Positions 23,835 to 36,435 of a stretch of DNA of 64,000 nt are shown here, piece after piece. The stretch is from Flaccisagitta enflata. Its lineage: Eukaryota. The translations under genes and the position numbers were made by a program. The stretch's first letter is position 1, and each line of letters begins with the position of its first letter. The notes below the pieces were generated by a model, which had not been told where the DNA came from, ran no database searches, and saw only the letters and a program-made list of their open reading frames with translations. Location of the stretch: the NCBI GenBank assembly GCA_965153355.1, contig OZ231126.1, positions 11,222,001 to 11,286,000 of the forward strand, in the 5' to 3' direction.

Positions 23835-25341
23835 TTACGCCTCCTCCAAAACGTCTTGCGTCACTTCCGGTTTAGGAAGGAGATCCCTTGCTGCTCGTGT
23901 CTTCGCCCTTGGATACGCTCTCCACCTTTTGACTGCGTGAGAACCATGCCGATGATCCAACTTATGCATCCATTTTCCCCGAGAAGCTGCTGCAAGAAGT
24001 ATCGCGTCAGCCACTTGTTTCTTTTCACTTTCAGCCACATACAGAGCGGCGACTTGTGCAGAAATAGGGCACGTCGCGATGTTCGTCTTTGGCCATTGAT
24101 CTTCGGGAAGACGCAAAAATGCAGGACCGTGATGGAATTGACGCCATTTTTCGGCTTCATGGGCCTGGATGCCTCTGCTGCAGTGGTCCGCCGGGTTGTT
24201 GTGAGTCAACCCAGCGCCACTGTTGAGATCAGACCCACTATGGATCTTGGAGAGACGATTGGCGAAAATACAGGCCTCGGTTTCGCCGGATTATAAATCA
24301 TCTTCAGTGCAGATTCAGAATCAGACCAAAATCTGACGACAAGATTGTCCAAGTTGATGGTCCTTCCGACGAAGCGTTTGAGCTGCACTGCTTTTTCTGC
24401 GGATACAATCTCGACGCGTGGAACGCTGTTATGATGAGAGGCACGTTTTGGATTGAGTGGAATGACGTGAGATTTGGAGGCAATGAATGAAATGTGAACA
24501 TCTCCATCTCGATTGACTTGACGTCGATATGCAACTGCTCCATATCCGCCTTTTGGAGCCGCATCGCAAAAGATCTCGATTGTGATTTCCGCAATGTCGC
24601 TGTTGTCGACGCCGCCATTCCACCAGCGTTCAATTCGGTATTGTTGTAGAAGAGGCCAAGATGAAGTGTAGCGGAAGAAGGATTCCTCGACGCTCTCTTC
24701 CAAGGCGAATCCCATCCCACTTCCTGTGGACGACAGAGTTGAAGATGTCGTCTGCCGATGTATGCGCTTGGGCTCCAAAATCCCAATGGATCATAAGTTT
24801 GGCTTGCATGGAGACCAATTGACGAGTGTTTTGCTCTAAGAGTTTTGAATTCCTCGTCGCAGATGAAGATAAAGACGTCTTCCGCCGGAAGCCATGAGAC
24901 GCCCAACACCTTCGTCGGCGCATCATCTTGCTTATCTGAGATGGGGATTGGAACGTTTGGATCTCCATCCATCAATTGCCGCGCATTACTCTTCCATTTC
25001 ACAAGATCCATCCCGCCTTCAGCCATCGCCGCCACTGAATCCACCTTCAGCTGCAACGCTTCGTCGACCGAATCCCCACCCCCACTTCCGTCGTCGACGT
25101 AGAAGCCGTAGCGAATAAGATCGTAGACGTTGTAGGGATATTTGGGCCGGATTACTTCAGCATGCTTTCTGAAGGTGAAAGATGTGACGAATGAGCTGGA
25201 TTGGCTGCCGAAGACATGTGATAAGAACAGATTCAAAATTGCTTCTCGTAGAGTGCGGTCTTTGAACCAAAAGAATCTGAACAAATCAGCGTCGTCAGGA
25301 TGGACGCGGATTTGGTGGAAAAACGCCTTTATATCACACAT
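23835..25341 (-). pseudogene. pol: pol: reverse transcriptase core and RNase H (frameshifted)
   Basis: CDIKAFFHQI, FRFFW, HVFGSQSSSF, FYVDDG, TKVLGVSW, YDPLG; RNase H IFCDAAPKGGYGAVAY, ASKSHV, SVPRVEIVSA, FWSDS, NPADHCSRG, HGPAFL, spread over three frames. Confidence 0.93.
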
Positions 25342-26441
25342 AAAGGCGATTTTCCAAAACGCATGAGGATGTCCATCAAGCTATTCATCAAGTTTGGACC
25401 CCCGACGAGCAAATCATTGAGTGAGATTCCGTCGGTCGCCGCACGCGCATCGTGGCATACGCGCATCTTACCGCGCAATTCCACAACGTGAAGTGGTAAG
25501 TACCAGCGCGGCTTTTCAATGCTGTCGTCGTCGTCGACGCTGTTGATCTCAATCGCCACTCCCGTCTCGTAAAATTTCTCGATTTCACGGAAGACTCTTT
25601 CTTTGAAGGCTGGATCACGCTTGAAGCGGAAACGTTGATTGCAGAGCCGCTTCATCGCAGTAGGTCGTGACCTCACTCTTCTCAGAATTTCCATGATTTT
25701 TTCGTGATGAAATTTCCATGTGACAGGAGCAAAATACTTTTTCACAATTGGGCAAAAATATGTCTTTTCCTCTAACATTTTGCACGCTCTGATATTCTCA
25801 AGGGAATCACCCATCTCCTCTTGCGAAACGATTGATGATGCAAAGTCATGGTAGAAGATGCGGTCAATGTTGCTGTTGAGGACGCGATTGTCGAGGATGC
25901 GATCGATGTTGTCGTTGAGGACGCGGTCATCCGTTGCGATAGCGTTGATCGATGCAATATCTCGTCCTCTCTTCCCCGTCTTTCCACATACAGTCCAACC
26001 GAATAGACATCTGAAGCAAGTCAAAGATCCTGAAGGCCCTCGGCGGATTTCTTGAGCGACGGCGGCATCCGCATGCGCCGCTCCGATGATCATCATTACA
26101 CCGCCTTCAACTTCTGGAAATTTTATGTCTCTGATGTGAGGTTGGTCAGATAGATCGCGGAGAAAAGGAGGAATATCGCGTTCACTCGTTAACAAATCAC
26201 CCACCAACGCGTCGTTGACGTCGACAACATATTCCTCGTCGACCGATTGCATGGTGAATGACGTGATGAAACGATCCTCAACAACACGATTTCCTACAGT
26301 AATCACCGTCATTTGCACTGTTTTTGTTGGAATCAGAAGACTGCGAATGACACTGGTACTGATCACGTCGCGATCAGCACCTGAGTCGATCATAGCGTAT
26401 ATCGTCCTCTGCGCACCCGAAGAATTGTTTATGATAGTCAC
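25329..26441 (-). pseudogene. pol: pol: aspartic protease and N-terminal part of reverse transcriptase
   Basis: YAMIDSGADRDVI protease motif, LFGWTVCG, WYLPLHVV, KMRVCHDAR, SLNDLLVGGPNL; frameshift near 25335. Confidence 0.92.
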
Positions 26442-26507
26442 TGGAACGATCGGACGGACAACGTCGTCGAATGAAGAGACGGACCGCGACGTTGCCGTCG
26501 CCGCCAG

Positions 26508-29500
26508 TCATGCCGTGGCGTTAGGAGAGATCACTTCTGTTGGATCGGCTGCCTCCGTCGTCGCCAGGCTGTTGGTGCTGCTGCAGCATCCTCTGACTTT
26601 TGAAGGGAGCCAGCGGTACTTTATTTCCCTGCTTATTTTCTCCTTTCTTCTCTTCCTTTTCTTCTTTCTTGTAGGTGCGCCCGTGGAGAATAGTCGCGTG
26701 CCGCTTGCAGATCTGGCAAGTTGGTCTGTTCGCGCACCCTTTGGCGTTGTGTCCTGGCGCGAGGCGGTGGAGCAAAGGCGACGAGACATGATCTTCTGAA
26801 CTCTCGCGTCCACTTCCAACTCTGACAACTGATGACACTCTTCCGTTTGATGCATTCCACTGCAGACGTTGCAGCGGTCCGTCGACTGCACTTTTTGCTT
26901 GCCATTGGTCAAGGCATCCTCATATGATGATGGCGCCTCTTTTTCTGTCGTTGCAACTGCTGCCACTGATGCTGTTTTGCAGCTTGCGCCTTTGTTGCGC
27001 TGAATCACCGCCCATGTCTCAATCATATGAACCAAGTTATCGAATGAAAATAACTGTCCATTTTGGGCTGCTTCATGTTGCTTTTCCCAGAATTTATCTG
27101 CAAGATGAGGGACCCTCTTATTGAGGATCTCCTGCAGCAGCTCGTCACGATAACATTGTTGCACTTCTCCACAGGTCCTCGCAATCTTCTTTGCCTTTTG
27201 CAACCTTGCAGACAAATTGAAATGCCTTGCATGGTCGGCCGACTGGATCTTCGCCTCCGCGACGATTTCGTTGAACAGCGCCGCAATGTTGCAGCGCCTT
27301 GCCATAAAGACGACGTCCATTTTTGCGAAGGCGTCGTCAATCTCTCCTCTTGCTGTCGCTTCAGTTGCATCAATCGTCGCAGTTTCAATGATCTCTTTTG
27401 CCGGACCAGCAAACCACTTAGGCAATTCTAATAAGATGTCCATTTGCGTCAAGCCTTCATGCTTCTCAGCATCTTTGAACTTCCTCTTCCACATCATGAA
27501 GTCGGTGGATGAAAGCTCCTGCAGAGGCTTCTCGGGTCTTGCTCTCTCCAGCGGCACAGAGGCCGACCTCCCTTGCTCATGAGATCGTTGTACGCCGCTC
27601 TTTCCAAAAACATGTCCAGAGCCGGATTGTTGGGCATCTGAACGTGGACTTCCGGTTGGCGGGCTACTTGATGATGCTCCACTTGATGATACGCTGGGGG
27701 TTGTTGGGTAAACGCGTATTGACCCCCGACTTTTACCGGAGATCTCTTTTTGGTGGTTTTTACGCTCCACCCAACTTCTTCTTGCTGATTCATTTGTTGT
27801 TGACGATCATCTTGATGGAATCGGGGAGCATCAAAATCTTGGCGGACGTACTGTCGCTGTTGTTGTTCTTCTTTACGTTGTTTCTCTTCTTCTCTCGCTG
27901 CGGCAAGGTCAAAGTCTCTCTGCTGAATCTGCATCTTCAAACTATCCACTTCCTGCTGCAAACGTTGATTCTGCTGGATGACTTCCGCTTGAGGCGTTGC
28001 TAGAGGCGCTTGCGCTACTTTTGGCGCCTTCGGCTGCAATCCACTCATTGTCTTCTTGGGAGCGACTTTTCTTCTCTCCTTATCTTGCAGCTGCTGTGCC
28101 AACGCGTCAGCGGCCTCCTGCCCTCTGCCTCCTGCGCATCGCCTCCGTTGCATCACCTCCGCTTCCGGCTGTGTTGAAGACCTTTTCCTCTTGATGGGGA
28201 AGACCAGTCTCCCTTCTAGCAGAACCAATCTGCTTCTCGAAGATCACTTCCGGTGCGGTAGGGAGAATCGTTGCTGCTGGGGTTTGGTGATGCTGATCCT
28301 GATGCTGTTGCTGTTGTTGAAGCCGTTGCTGCTGCCACTGTTGATGTTGAAGCTGCTGTTGCTGGTCAGGATGCTGTTGCTGTTCATTCTGCTGCTGCAG
28401 TTGACGCTGACGCTGTCCTTGCTGCTGCTGCTGCTCCAACTGTTGCTGCTGCTGCATCGGCTGCTTGACGGACGTTTCCACTGACTGCACATGATGTTGC
28501 TGTACGTTCGAATTGAACAATCCCGGATTGAAATTTCTGAAGATAGATCGACGGTCTTTTGGCGGATGCTGCGGCTGCTGCTTGTCCAGCTCAGACAGTT
28601 GTCTAAGCTTCACATCCCGCTGCTCTAAAGCTCCACCAATGCCGCCGTCGTTCAGGCTATTCCAGTGCTTTCGTTGCATTTCTGCGCATTGTTGAATACT
28701 CCTGCTCTTCTATCTTCATCTCGTTGCTGCTGCTGGCGAAAGTTACACATTCTGTCGTATAACTTTGTCTTCTTGTGATGAGCTTCGCTGTTGGAATCTG
28801 TGCTTTTCCGCGACTGGCGCCTTTTGGGCTGTTGCTGCACCACCACCTTCACCTTCAGCCATCATGCGCAGACGTTGATCTGCAAGGCGTTGCTGTCTCT
28901 CTTCTTCTGTCTCCTCACTGACGTTCATGCTTTCTACAGGATGGTTATTTGACGCTGGAGGATCCACTACCACCGCTGGGATCGCGGCGGAAGGTTGCTG
29001 TTGCTGCTGCGGTTGCTGTTGCATACACATTCATCTGCATTATTTTGCGCTGTTGTTGTTGTTCATGCGGCTGCATGTTGCTGTTGTTGATGTTGTTGCA
29101 GCTCTTGTTGTTGTTGCTGTTGTTGCTGCTGCTGCTGCTCGTGTTGTTGCTGTTGTTGGACCACATGTTGTGGCGCCGGCTGCAAAATTTGACGTTGTTG
29201 TTGGTCTTGTTGACGAAATTGTTGAAGTTGCTGCAACTGCTGCTGCTGCAACAGCTCTTGCTGCTGCCGTTGAGCTGTCGTTTGCTGCTGCTCCTGTGGT
29301 CGGTGGAGTTGACGTTGCTGTTGGAGCTGCTGCTGCTGCATCTGCAATTGATGCTGCTGACTATTGCTCCTGTTGCTGTCGCTGCTCCTCCTCCGGTGTT
29401 GCTGCTGCATAATCATCTATCAGCCGCCGGCCTTGTCGCATTTCCTCCTCCAGCTGCCTACCCCATCTGTCTCTCTCCGCACTCCTGTTGACAAGGCGTC

Positions 29501-30258
29501 GCCTCGCCCTCTCCTGCGGCGTCAATCCGTTGATGACCCCACGACCTCTTGCAAGAGCATCGGCGTCTTCGAGATCCGCATAAGCATAACATCCCAGCTT
29601 GCTCCATCGGAAGAGCGCGGCATGGTTCAATTTCCGAGACCAAATCCGATACCCATTGATTGACGGCATCTCCTCTTTGGATCGGCGGCAGATTTAAAAA
29701 TTAGCCGCCAGTTGGAGAGATTGCGCACCATGTCGAGGGACCGGAAGTGGCAGATATTCGGATCCGTCGGGGTTTGGCGAAGGCGTTCGCATCCTTGGAG
29801 TCGGAGCGCCAGTAACATTGTCACGGGCGGCATGAGTGTCAGTTGGGAGACTGTTCCATGAGAATTCGTGGACGGGTCTTTCGCGATTCCCAATATCGTT
29901 GTGCACTGCGTTCACGATGTCAGCGTTGGAAGGGAAAACCTCTGGATAATTTTCACGATCAAAAGAAGCTTGTGGAGTTCCATTCGCGCCGGATTCGACG
30001 CAGAGTGGACGCCGTGAATCGAAGAGGGTCGCCGGGCATCGAGTCGAGCGCCATTTGCCTTGCGTATGATATAAAGTCGTAGACCATATCCCGAAGGCCG
30101 TGTCGAACGCCGTCTGATTCACATGCGGCGTCGTCGAAATCGTTCGATCCTTCGGTGCAAGTGGCAGCGGCGTCGAAAAGGCGCCGGCATCCTTCCATCT
30201 CCGCCGTGATGTCGTTCCTCATTGCGCGCAAACGATTAGACCTCGGACACTGATTCAA
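26508..30258 (-). pseudogene. gag: gag (frameshifted): long Gln-rich N-terminal region, capsid-like core, three Cys/His knuckles
   Basis: Overlapping ORF pieces (29959-30258, 29694-30122, 29361-29669, 29063-29416, 28743-29030, 28107-28679, 27494-28228, 26508-27770). Core DFMMWKRKF...LPKWFAGPAKEII; knuckles CNVCSGMHQTEEC, (C..)LAPGHNAKGC and CQICKRHATILH as in BEL/Pao Gag. Confidence 0.85.
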
Positions 30259-30379
30259 ACCGAAGTGAGATCCACGAGATGGCGTTGAAGCAGTCGAGAC
30301 GGTTATAAATGAATTACGCGCGGCATCGTGTCCAATTTAGTTTTGGTTGAAGATGGAAATAGTCGAGTCGTTTTTAAAT

Positions 30380-31209
30380 TGTTGAAGCCTAAATTACGCC
30401 CACCAGTTTCAACTGGCACTGTCTATGAGCGTCTATCTGTTTTGTGACTTGTGGTGAAAGAAGTTGTGATTGGAAAATAGGAAGGCGAGCGTCTCGTTTA
30501 TTCCATAAAAATTTCAACAACTGAAGAGAGGATAAAATAAAAGGGAAAGTGGGTTAATGGTGATCAGCAAACGCAAAAGATAGCATGAAATCGAGGCGGG
30601 ACACAATAAAGGACAGAAGCAGCACATGACAACATGTTCTTCTTCTTCAGAGCCCATGCCACCTGATAGTACCTGCCCTGCCCCGGCCCATCCCATTAAA
30701 TTCATCCATATCATCCCCATAGTAAGCTGATCGGGCAACTGAAAAAAACCATACTAAAATCCGGCAATAAAAATGCAAAATGCAAAAGACAAGAATAACA
30801 GACCGGAAGACAATATAAAAAAAACGTTACTAAAACAAAGACGCGTCTATAAAACTTGCTTTTAGGCCCACTATCGGTTGGTTTCAACCACAGTCTGTCG
30901 ATGTCAAACTAACGTTAGTTGTCCGTTCATAAGTTTATCTGAAATAAAAAGATGAGAGATTATTGAAATTAGTAAATTCCAAGGGCACATTCAATCAATC
31001 ACGAAAAACAATCAATCACTTTAGGAAGCAATGCCGTAAATAAATAAAAACAATCAATCCAAAATTGGATGATACGAAGTCGAGTTACGTATGTTTTTTT
31101 ACGTAATAAAAACAAATGGCATAAAATACAAAGCAATCATATAGTTACCCACCTAGCCTTCATTATAAAAAATGGCGAGAAACAAAAGACACCGGCATTG
31201 AATAATAAG
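30380..31209 (-). repeat. 5' LTR of the BEL/Pao element, apparently lacking its first ~195 bp
   Basis: Aligns by eye to 18056-18887 with scattered substitutions and indels. Homology stops at 31209 against an (ATCATT)n microsatellite. On the minus strand it plausibly ends ...GGCTTCAACA at 30380. Confidence 0.85.
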
Positions 31210-31212
31210 AAA

Positions 31213-31331
31213 TCATTGTCATAGTCATTATCATTGTCAGTTTAACTATCATTGTAATTATCACTATCATTATCATTATCATTATCATTATCATTATCAT
31301 TATCATTATAACTATCATTGTAATTATCATC

Positions 31332-31363
<32 letters not shown>

Positions 31364-31440
31364 CATTATCATTATCATTATCATTATCATTATCATTATC
31401 ATTGTTTTATAATCATCATTGTATTTATCATTATCATCAT
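31213..31440. repeat. (ATCATT)n microsatellite abutting the 5' LTR
   Basis: Direct reading. Confidence 0.95.
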
Positions 31441-31454
31441 CTTTTTCCTCCCAC

Positions 31455-31589
31455 CTGCATTTCCACCAAAACAGACTTCTTCCAATTGGCATTGAAACAG
31501 ATTTTGTGGAAGAGTCTCAAGGGAACAATCATCTGCCCATAGCTTCTTCAGATGCGATGAAGGAGGAAGATTTGGCAGAGTTCGTAATT
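31455..31589 (-). CDS. Leucine-rich-repeat protein, second coding exon
   Basis: Acceptor ATCAG| at 31591-31590; joins in phase to give ELRTLPNLPPSSHLKKLWADDCSLETLPQNLFQCQLEEVCFGGNA; donor CAG|GTGGGA after 31455. Confidence 0.85.
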
Positions 31590-31631
31590 CTGATTTAAAC
31601 AATACGCATTGATTTTTAAGTCCCTGGCCAC

Positions 31632-31761
31632 TAGGAATGTTGAAGCGGTCAATTTTAGTGCCGCTTCCACCGCTTCCGCTTCCGCTTCGATTTTGTAGTA
31701 CAAATACTAGTAGCTATCCCATCCTTCAAAATGGAAGCGGTCAAACGCTTCTACATCCCTA
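31632..31761. mobile_element. Tiny hAT-type MITE in the LRR gene intron
   Basis: TAGGAATGTTGAAGCG...CGCTTCTACATCCCTA; 8-bp TSD CTGGCCAC/CTGGCAAC. Confidence 0.8.
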
Positions 31762-32208
31762 CTGGCAACTCTGTGGATAATCATTTACATGAGTTTTTGT
31801 GGATGACTGCCTCCACCAAAATCATGCTGCTATTCTACTACAGAAACTAATCGAAACAAAGACAATAGAGTGAAAGTTGAAGATTGGATATGATCGTAAT
31901 GATTAGATGTTTTAGTGTAACATTGGAAAATTGGTTCTGAAATTTTCAAGGATAAACCTTCTTTTTCATTAGGTGATACAGAAAATGAGAAATACAGAAA
32001 TGAGCAAAATGAGAGAGACATAGGAAAGTGGAGTGATAGAGATGAGGATGAGGCTCTCCATCAACCTCATCCTCATTCTTCTCTCTATCTCTCCACTTTC
32101 TGAGTCTCTGTCTTTTTGCTCATTTCCAATATGGTCCAAAAACGTCCAATCATTTCCATCAAAACGCTCACAATTGGTTGTCATAAATCGCAAGCAATTT
32201 TCAATTAC

Positions 32209-32963
32209 CTTTGTTCTCATTAAACTTGACTTCTTTCAAAGTCTCAATCTCAAAAAGCCAAGATGGAACTTCACTTATCTTGTTTCCCCAAAAACACACT
32301 GTTTGGATAACTGGCAACACTTGGATTCCCCTTGGAATTGAATCAAGCTCATTTTTGCTCAATCGGAGAACATTCAAGTTTGGGAGTTCAGCAAAAGATG
32401 GAGGAATTTCTGCCATTTTGCTGCACGTGAGATCTATCTCTTCAATTTGCTGCATTTTCTCTATTCCTCTTGGCAGTAGATTAACATCTATCAGGCCTAA
32501 AGCTCTCATGGTCTTGATGTTGACAAACTCAGTTGGCAGGTCAAGTATCTCATTCTCTCTGCCAATTTGTAACTCCTCGATAACAGGCATGTTTTCAATT
32601 CCTTTTGGGACTGATTTGAGGCCACATTCGGAAAAGTCGACTTCAGTGGTGGCAGTGAGTTTCTCTGCCCCTTCTATCACTGCCACAGGATTTCTATTGA
32701 AATAGAGGCCTTTGATTTCCGCGGCAACTTCAGTCTCAACATCAACGACAATACGCGTGTAACCAGCTTTTTGTGGCAGACAGAATATACCTTTCTCCTT
32801 TTGCCAGTCCCACTTTTCATCTCGTCCTTCAAATGGTTTGAAAAAATCTGGTTGTACAAATGGCCTCGACTCCTTTGCAGCATGCTTATCCTTTGGTCCT
32901 TGTCCATAATTTCTGATGTAATCAGAATCCAGACGGAAAACCTTCTCTGACTCTGACTGTGAC

Positions 32964-33055
<92 letters not shown>

Positions 33056-33073
33056 TTGTTGTTGTTGTTGTTT

Positions 33074-33106
<33 letters not shown>

Positions 33107-33664
33107 TTGTTGTTGTTGTTGTTGTTGTTGTTGTTTTTGTAGTCTTAATCGTTTATGTCGTGGTTGTTGTTGATGTTTTTGTCGTTGCTGTTTTCTTATG
33201 CCACTTCTGTCCTTAACATCCAAAGCTGGAGTAGTAGAAGCAGCTGAAAAGGCATACACCGCTGGAGTGGCATCGCTGGCAGCTGCGGAAGTGGCTACAG
33301 CCGCTGGAACAGCGGAAGAAGGGGAGGAGGATGAAGCAGAAAAGACCACTGGAGTAGCAGGAGTAGTGGCAGCAGCCAAAGTGGCAGAAGTTGCTGAGAA
33401 AGAAAAAGCAGGGGAAGTGGCTGAAGCAGAGAAGACCACTGGAGTAGCAGTGGCAGCGGCCGAAGTAGCGGAAGCCACTGGAGCAGCAAAAGCAGGGGAG
33501 GAAGATGTAGCAGCATAGACTGCAGGAGTCGCATCGGTGGCAGCTACGGAAGTAGCTAAAGCCGATGGAGCGGTAAAATCCAGGGGAGCAGCCATTGGCG
33601 CGGCGACGAGAGGGGAAGGCGTTGAGGCAGAAAATGCCGCAGGATCAGGGGGGCGCCCTTCCAT
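32209..33664 (-). CDS. Leucine-rich-repeat protein, first coding exon (Ala/Ser/Thr/Pro repeats, polyQ, LRRs)
   Basis: 487-aa ORF with LRR units (EVDFSECGLKSVPKGI, EEIDLTCSKMAEIPPSF, NVLRLSKNELDSIPRGI, TVCFWGNKISEVPSWL). Phase-1 donor AAAG|GTAATT after 32209. Confidence 0.9.
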
Positions 33665-33937
33665 AGTCTCGTTGAAGAGCTAATCACATGGTCCAATCAT
33701 TGTCACAAGCAAGCGGAAAATTACACCTGCCCTGAGTCCATCAAATATATTTTTGAGCTGATTTATCGCTTGAATTACTGTAAATGGAAAAAGGAACAAA
33801 TAACAGTGTAACATATTGCTAAAATTTAAGATCGTTATAAAGATATTTCAAAAAATTTTTAAAAACATCTTTTTTATAGTTGAAATCCCTCAATCACGGA
33901 TCCTTGATGACATTGTAATATCAAGTTTTTTTTTTTC

Positions 33938-34081
33938 TTTTTAGTTGCGGAAACGCGACCCAACACTTTGCCGTGTCGGTCGGTCCGTCCGTCGGTAACA
34001 TTTTTGAAATGAAAGTGGTTTTTGCGTCACTGCCCCTACCCAACCGTCAACGACTGTCCTGCCGTGTATCCGGCCTTGTTT
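33938..34081 (+). mobile_element. Short HINE-like element
   Basis: TTTTAGTTGCGGAAACGCGAC head, GTCG/GTCC repeats, GCCGTGTATCCGGCCTTGTT tail. Confidence 0.72.
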
Positions 34082-34279
34082 CTATCAGTATAGTTTTTGC
34101 TCCTCAGAAGAGTCTTTTTTTTTTCCCTATATCAAGAATCGACAATGAGCGCCATTTAAAAGCCGCGGAAGAGTTGAAAACAAAATAACAAATTCAGGAC
34201 GGGATCGATATGATGATGAGAGAGAGAGAGAGAGAGAGAGGGAGAGGCGAGAGCGAGAGCGAGAGCGAGAGAGCAAGGC

Positions 34280-34330
<51 letters not shown>

Positions 34331-34368
34331 CAGTTGATTGATTGATTGATTCATTTACTGATTGACTG

Positions 34369-34427
<59 letters not shown>

Positions 34428-34438
34428 AGAGAAAGAGA

Positions 34439-34631
<193 letters not shown>

Positions 34632-34719
34632 ATTGATTGATTGATTGGTTGATTGATTGAGAGAGAGAGAGGAGAGAGAGAGAGAGAAGAGGAGAAGAAA
34701 GAAAGAAAGACAGACAGAC

Positions 34720-34768
<49 letters not shown>

Positions 34769-35883
34769 TGAAGACTGTGCTACAGATGGACAAACAAATC
34801 GATGGTAACGCGAAAACCGCTCACAATTTACCAATATTATCAAATGTTTCGACAGACGGACCAATGTACAATCCAAATAATACAGCAAGGCGTAGAGATG
34901 CGTGACGCAACAAAAAATTACATTATCATGACAATGCAGTAAAGATTCGTGTTCTTACACAAATAAAGATTGGTGATGATGTCGACCGTTCTTGTCAGTC
35001 TTAACAAGAACAAAAGGACGGACTTTACCTCTTATAGAACTGGAAGAAATCTCGAAAAAAAGCGACGATTTAAGAGGCCGCCGATAAGTTAAAAAAGTTG
35101 ACGGCTTTCTGCACTTGTCCGGCCGTCTGTTGGTCCATCAGATTACTTTTTCAGCGTTTTTGGCAGTTTTTGTATTCCTTCTTCTGCTCAAATACATGGT
35201 TAGCCTTTTTATGACTGCCCCTGACCACCCGCATGCGACTTGGGTAGCTGTTTAACCGGCTTCATTTTATATAAACCTTGTTTACAAAAACATCAACAGA
35301 GACTTTTGTAAAATCCAAGTCGGAGTTTGGTTTACTTGTAAATATGCATGGATTCAGGAGAAAATGTTCATGGATGTTAAATAACACGGAACTCTCGTGA
35401 CCCAGAGACATTTGTAAAATCCGTCGGACGTTGGTTGTGATCTGAAACAATACAATACGGCTGGCATTCGGCGCCGTTGGGGTGCAGTAGCGGCTAAAAC
35501 AAAGGCCATTAGGCTATTAGTGCAGCGACACTACCGGATGGTTGTCATTAAAAATGAAAATTCTGAACATGAATATGTCTTTTTTGCACAATATCTTTTC
35601 AAGTTCATAAGCCTTTCTCGATTTGAAAAAGACATAACTTTTTTTTGAACAGACAGAAAAATAGACAAATGAACGGACGGACAGACAATCAGACAGAAAG
35701 TTGAAGCAATGGATGGACATTAAGGTAGACTGTTAGACAGACAGACAGACAGACAGACTGACAGATAAACATACTGCACATTATTTAAACAAAGGCCCCG
35801 CTAGAATGGATACACAAAAGACTGACAAACAAATACTCTGTACAGTCACGTCCACCACTAAGAATAAAATACAAGGACACATA

Positions 35884-36435
35884 CAGGGTGATCAATCTCA
35901 TCTGGCAAAAAGTATTAAGCTTTTACTGCCAGATGCATCGTTTAATTAATTTAAAGAATCGTTTATGCTGTAACGTACTGTGTTTGATGTTCTTTGTGTC
36001 AATTTCATTAGTCTGAGATGAATAGGTTGCCCACAGCATCAATTTGAAGTAGAACAAGTAATTTCAACTGTTGATCAAAAGATCCTTTTTATTCAAAATA
36101 ATTTTTCTTTAAAAAGCTCCAATTGATACAACAGTAATCTCAAATGACAAAGATTTTTATTATGCTTCATTTGAGACCAATCTTTATCAGAAATTGAGTG
36201 TATTAAGAAAAAAAAAAAAACAAATAAAAAAGTTTTGTGTGAAAAAAATTTATTGAGCTCTGAAGTGTAAATGTTTATTTGTTCTTCTTCTTAATGCTGT
36301 GGGCACACTATTCCATCTAAAACACATGAAATTTGGATAAAAAAAACGTCGAACATGAAACAAATGATTCCAGATTAGTGAAGATAAATATTATATGATA
36401 AAAAACAATAACAACATTGAGATTGAATCACCCTG
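35884..36435. mobile_element. Tc1/mariner-type MITE related to 12289-13043
   Basis: CAGGGTGATCAATCTCA...TGAGATTGAATCACCCTG; shares CATCAATTTGAAG and TTGAGACCAATC motifs. Confidence 0.75.

Larger units (their letters stand above)
18056..31209 (-). mobile_element. BEL/Pao-superfamily LTR retrotransposon (~13.2 kb) with an extra accessory coding region; frameshifted
   Basis: Direct repeats at 18056-18887 and 30394-31209 flank gag zinc knuckles, protease (IDSGA), RT (FYVDD), RNase H (FCDAA...FWSDS...NPADHCSRG) and integrase in BEL/Pao order, with BEL-typical motifs (SLNDLLVGGPNL, TKVLGVSW, LNRRPL, LTPNHIL, WSLGRV). Confidence 0.95.

Noticed and set aside
22609-29663. Plus-strand ORFs overlapping gag-pol
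   Set aside because: Antisense shadows of a GC-rich coding strand with no recognisable motifs.
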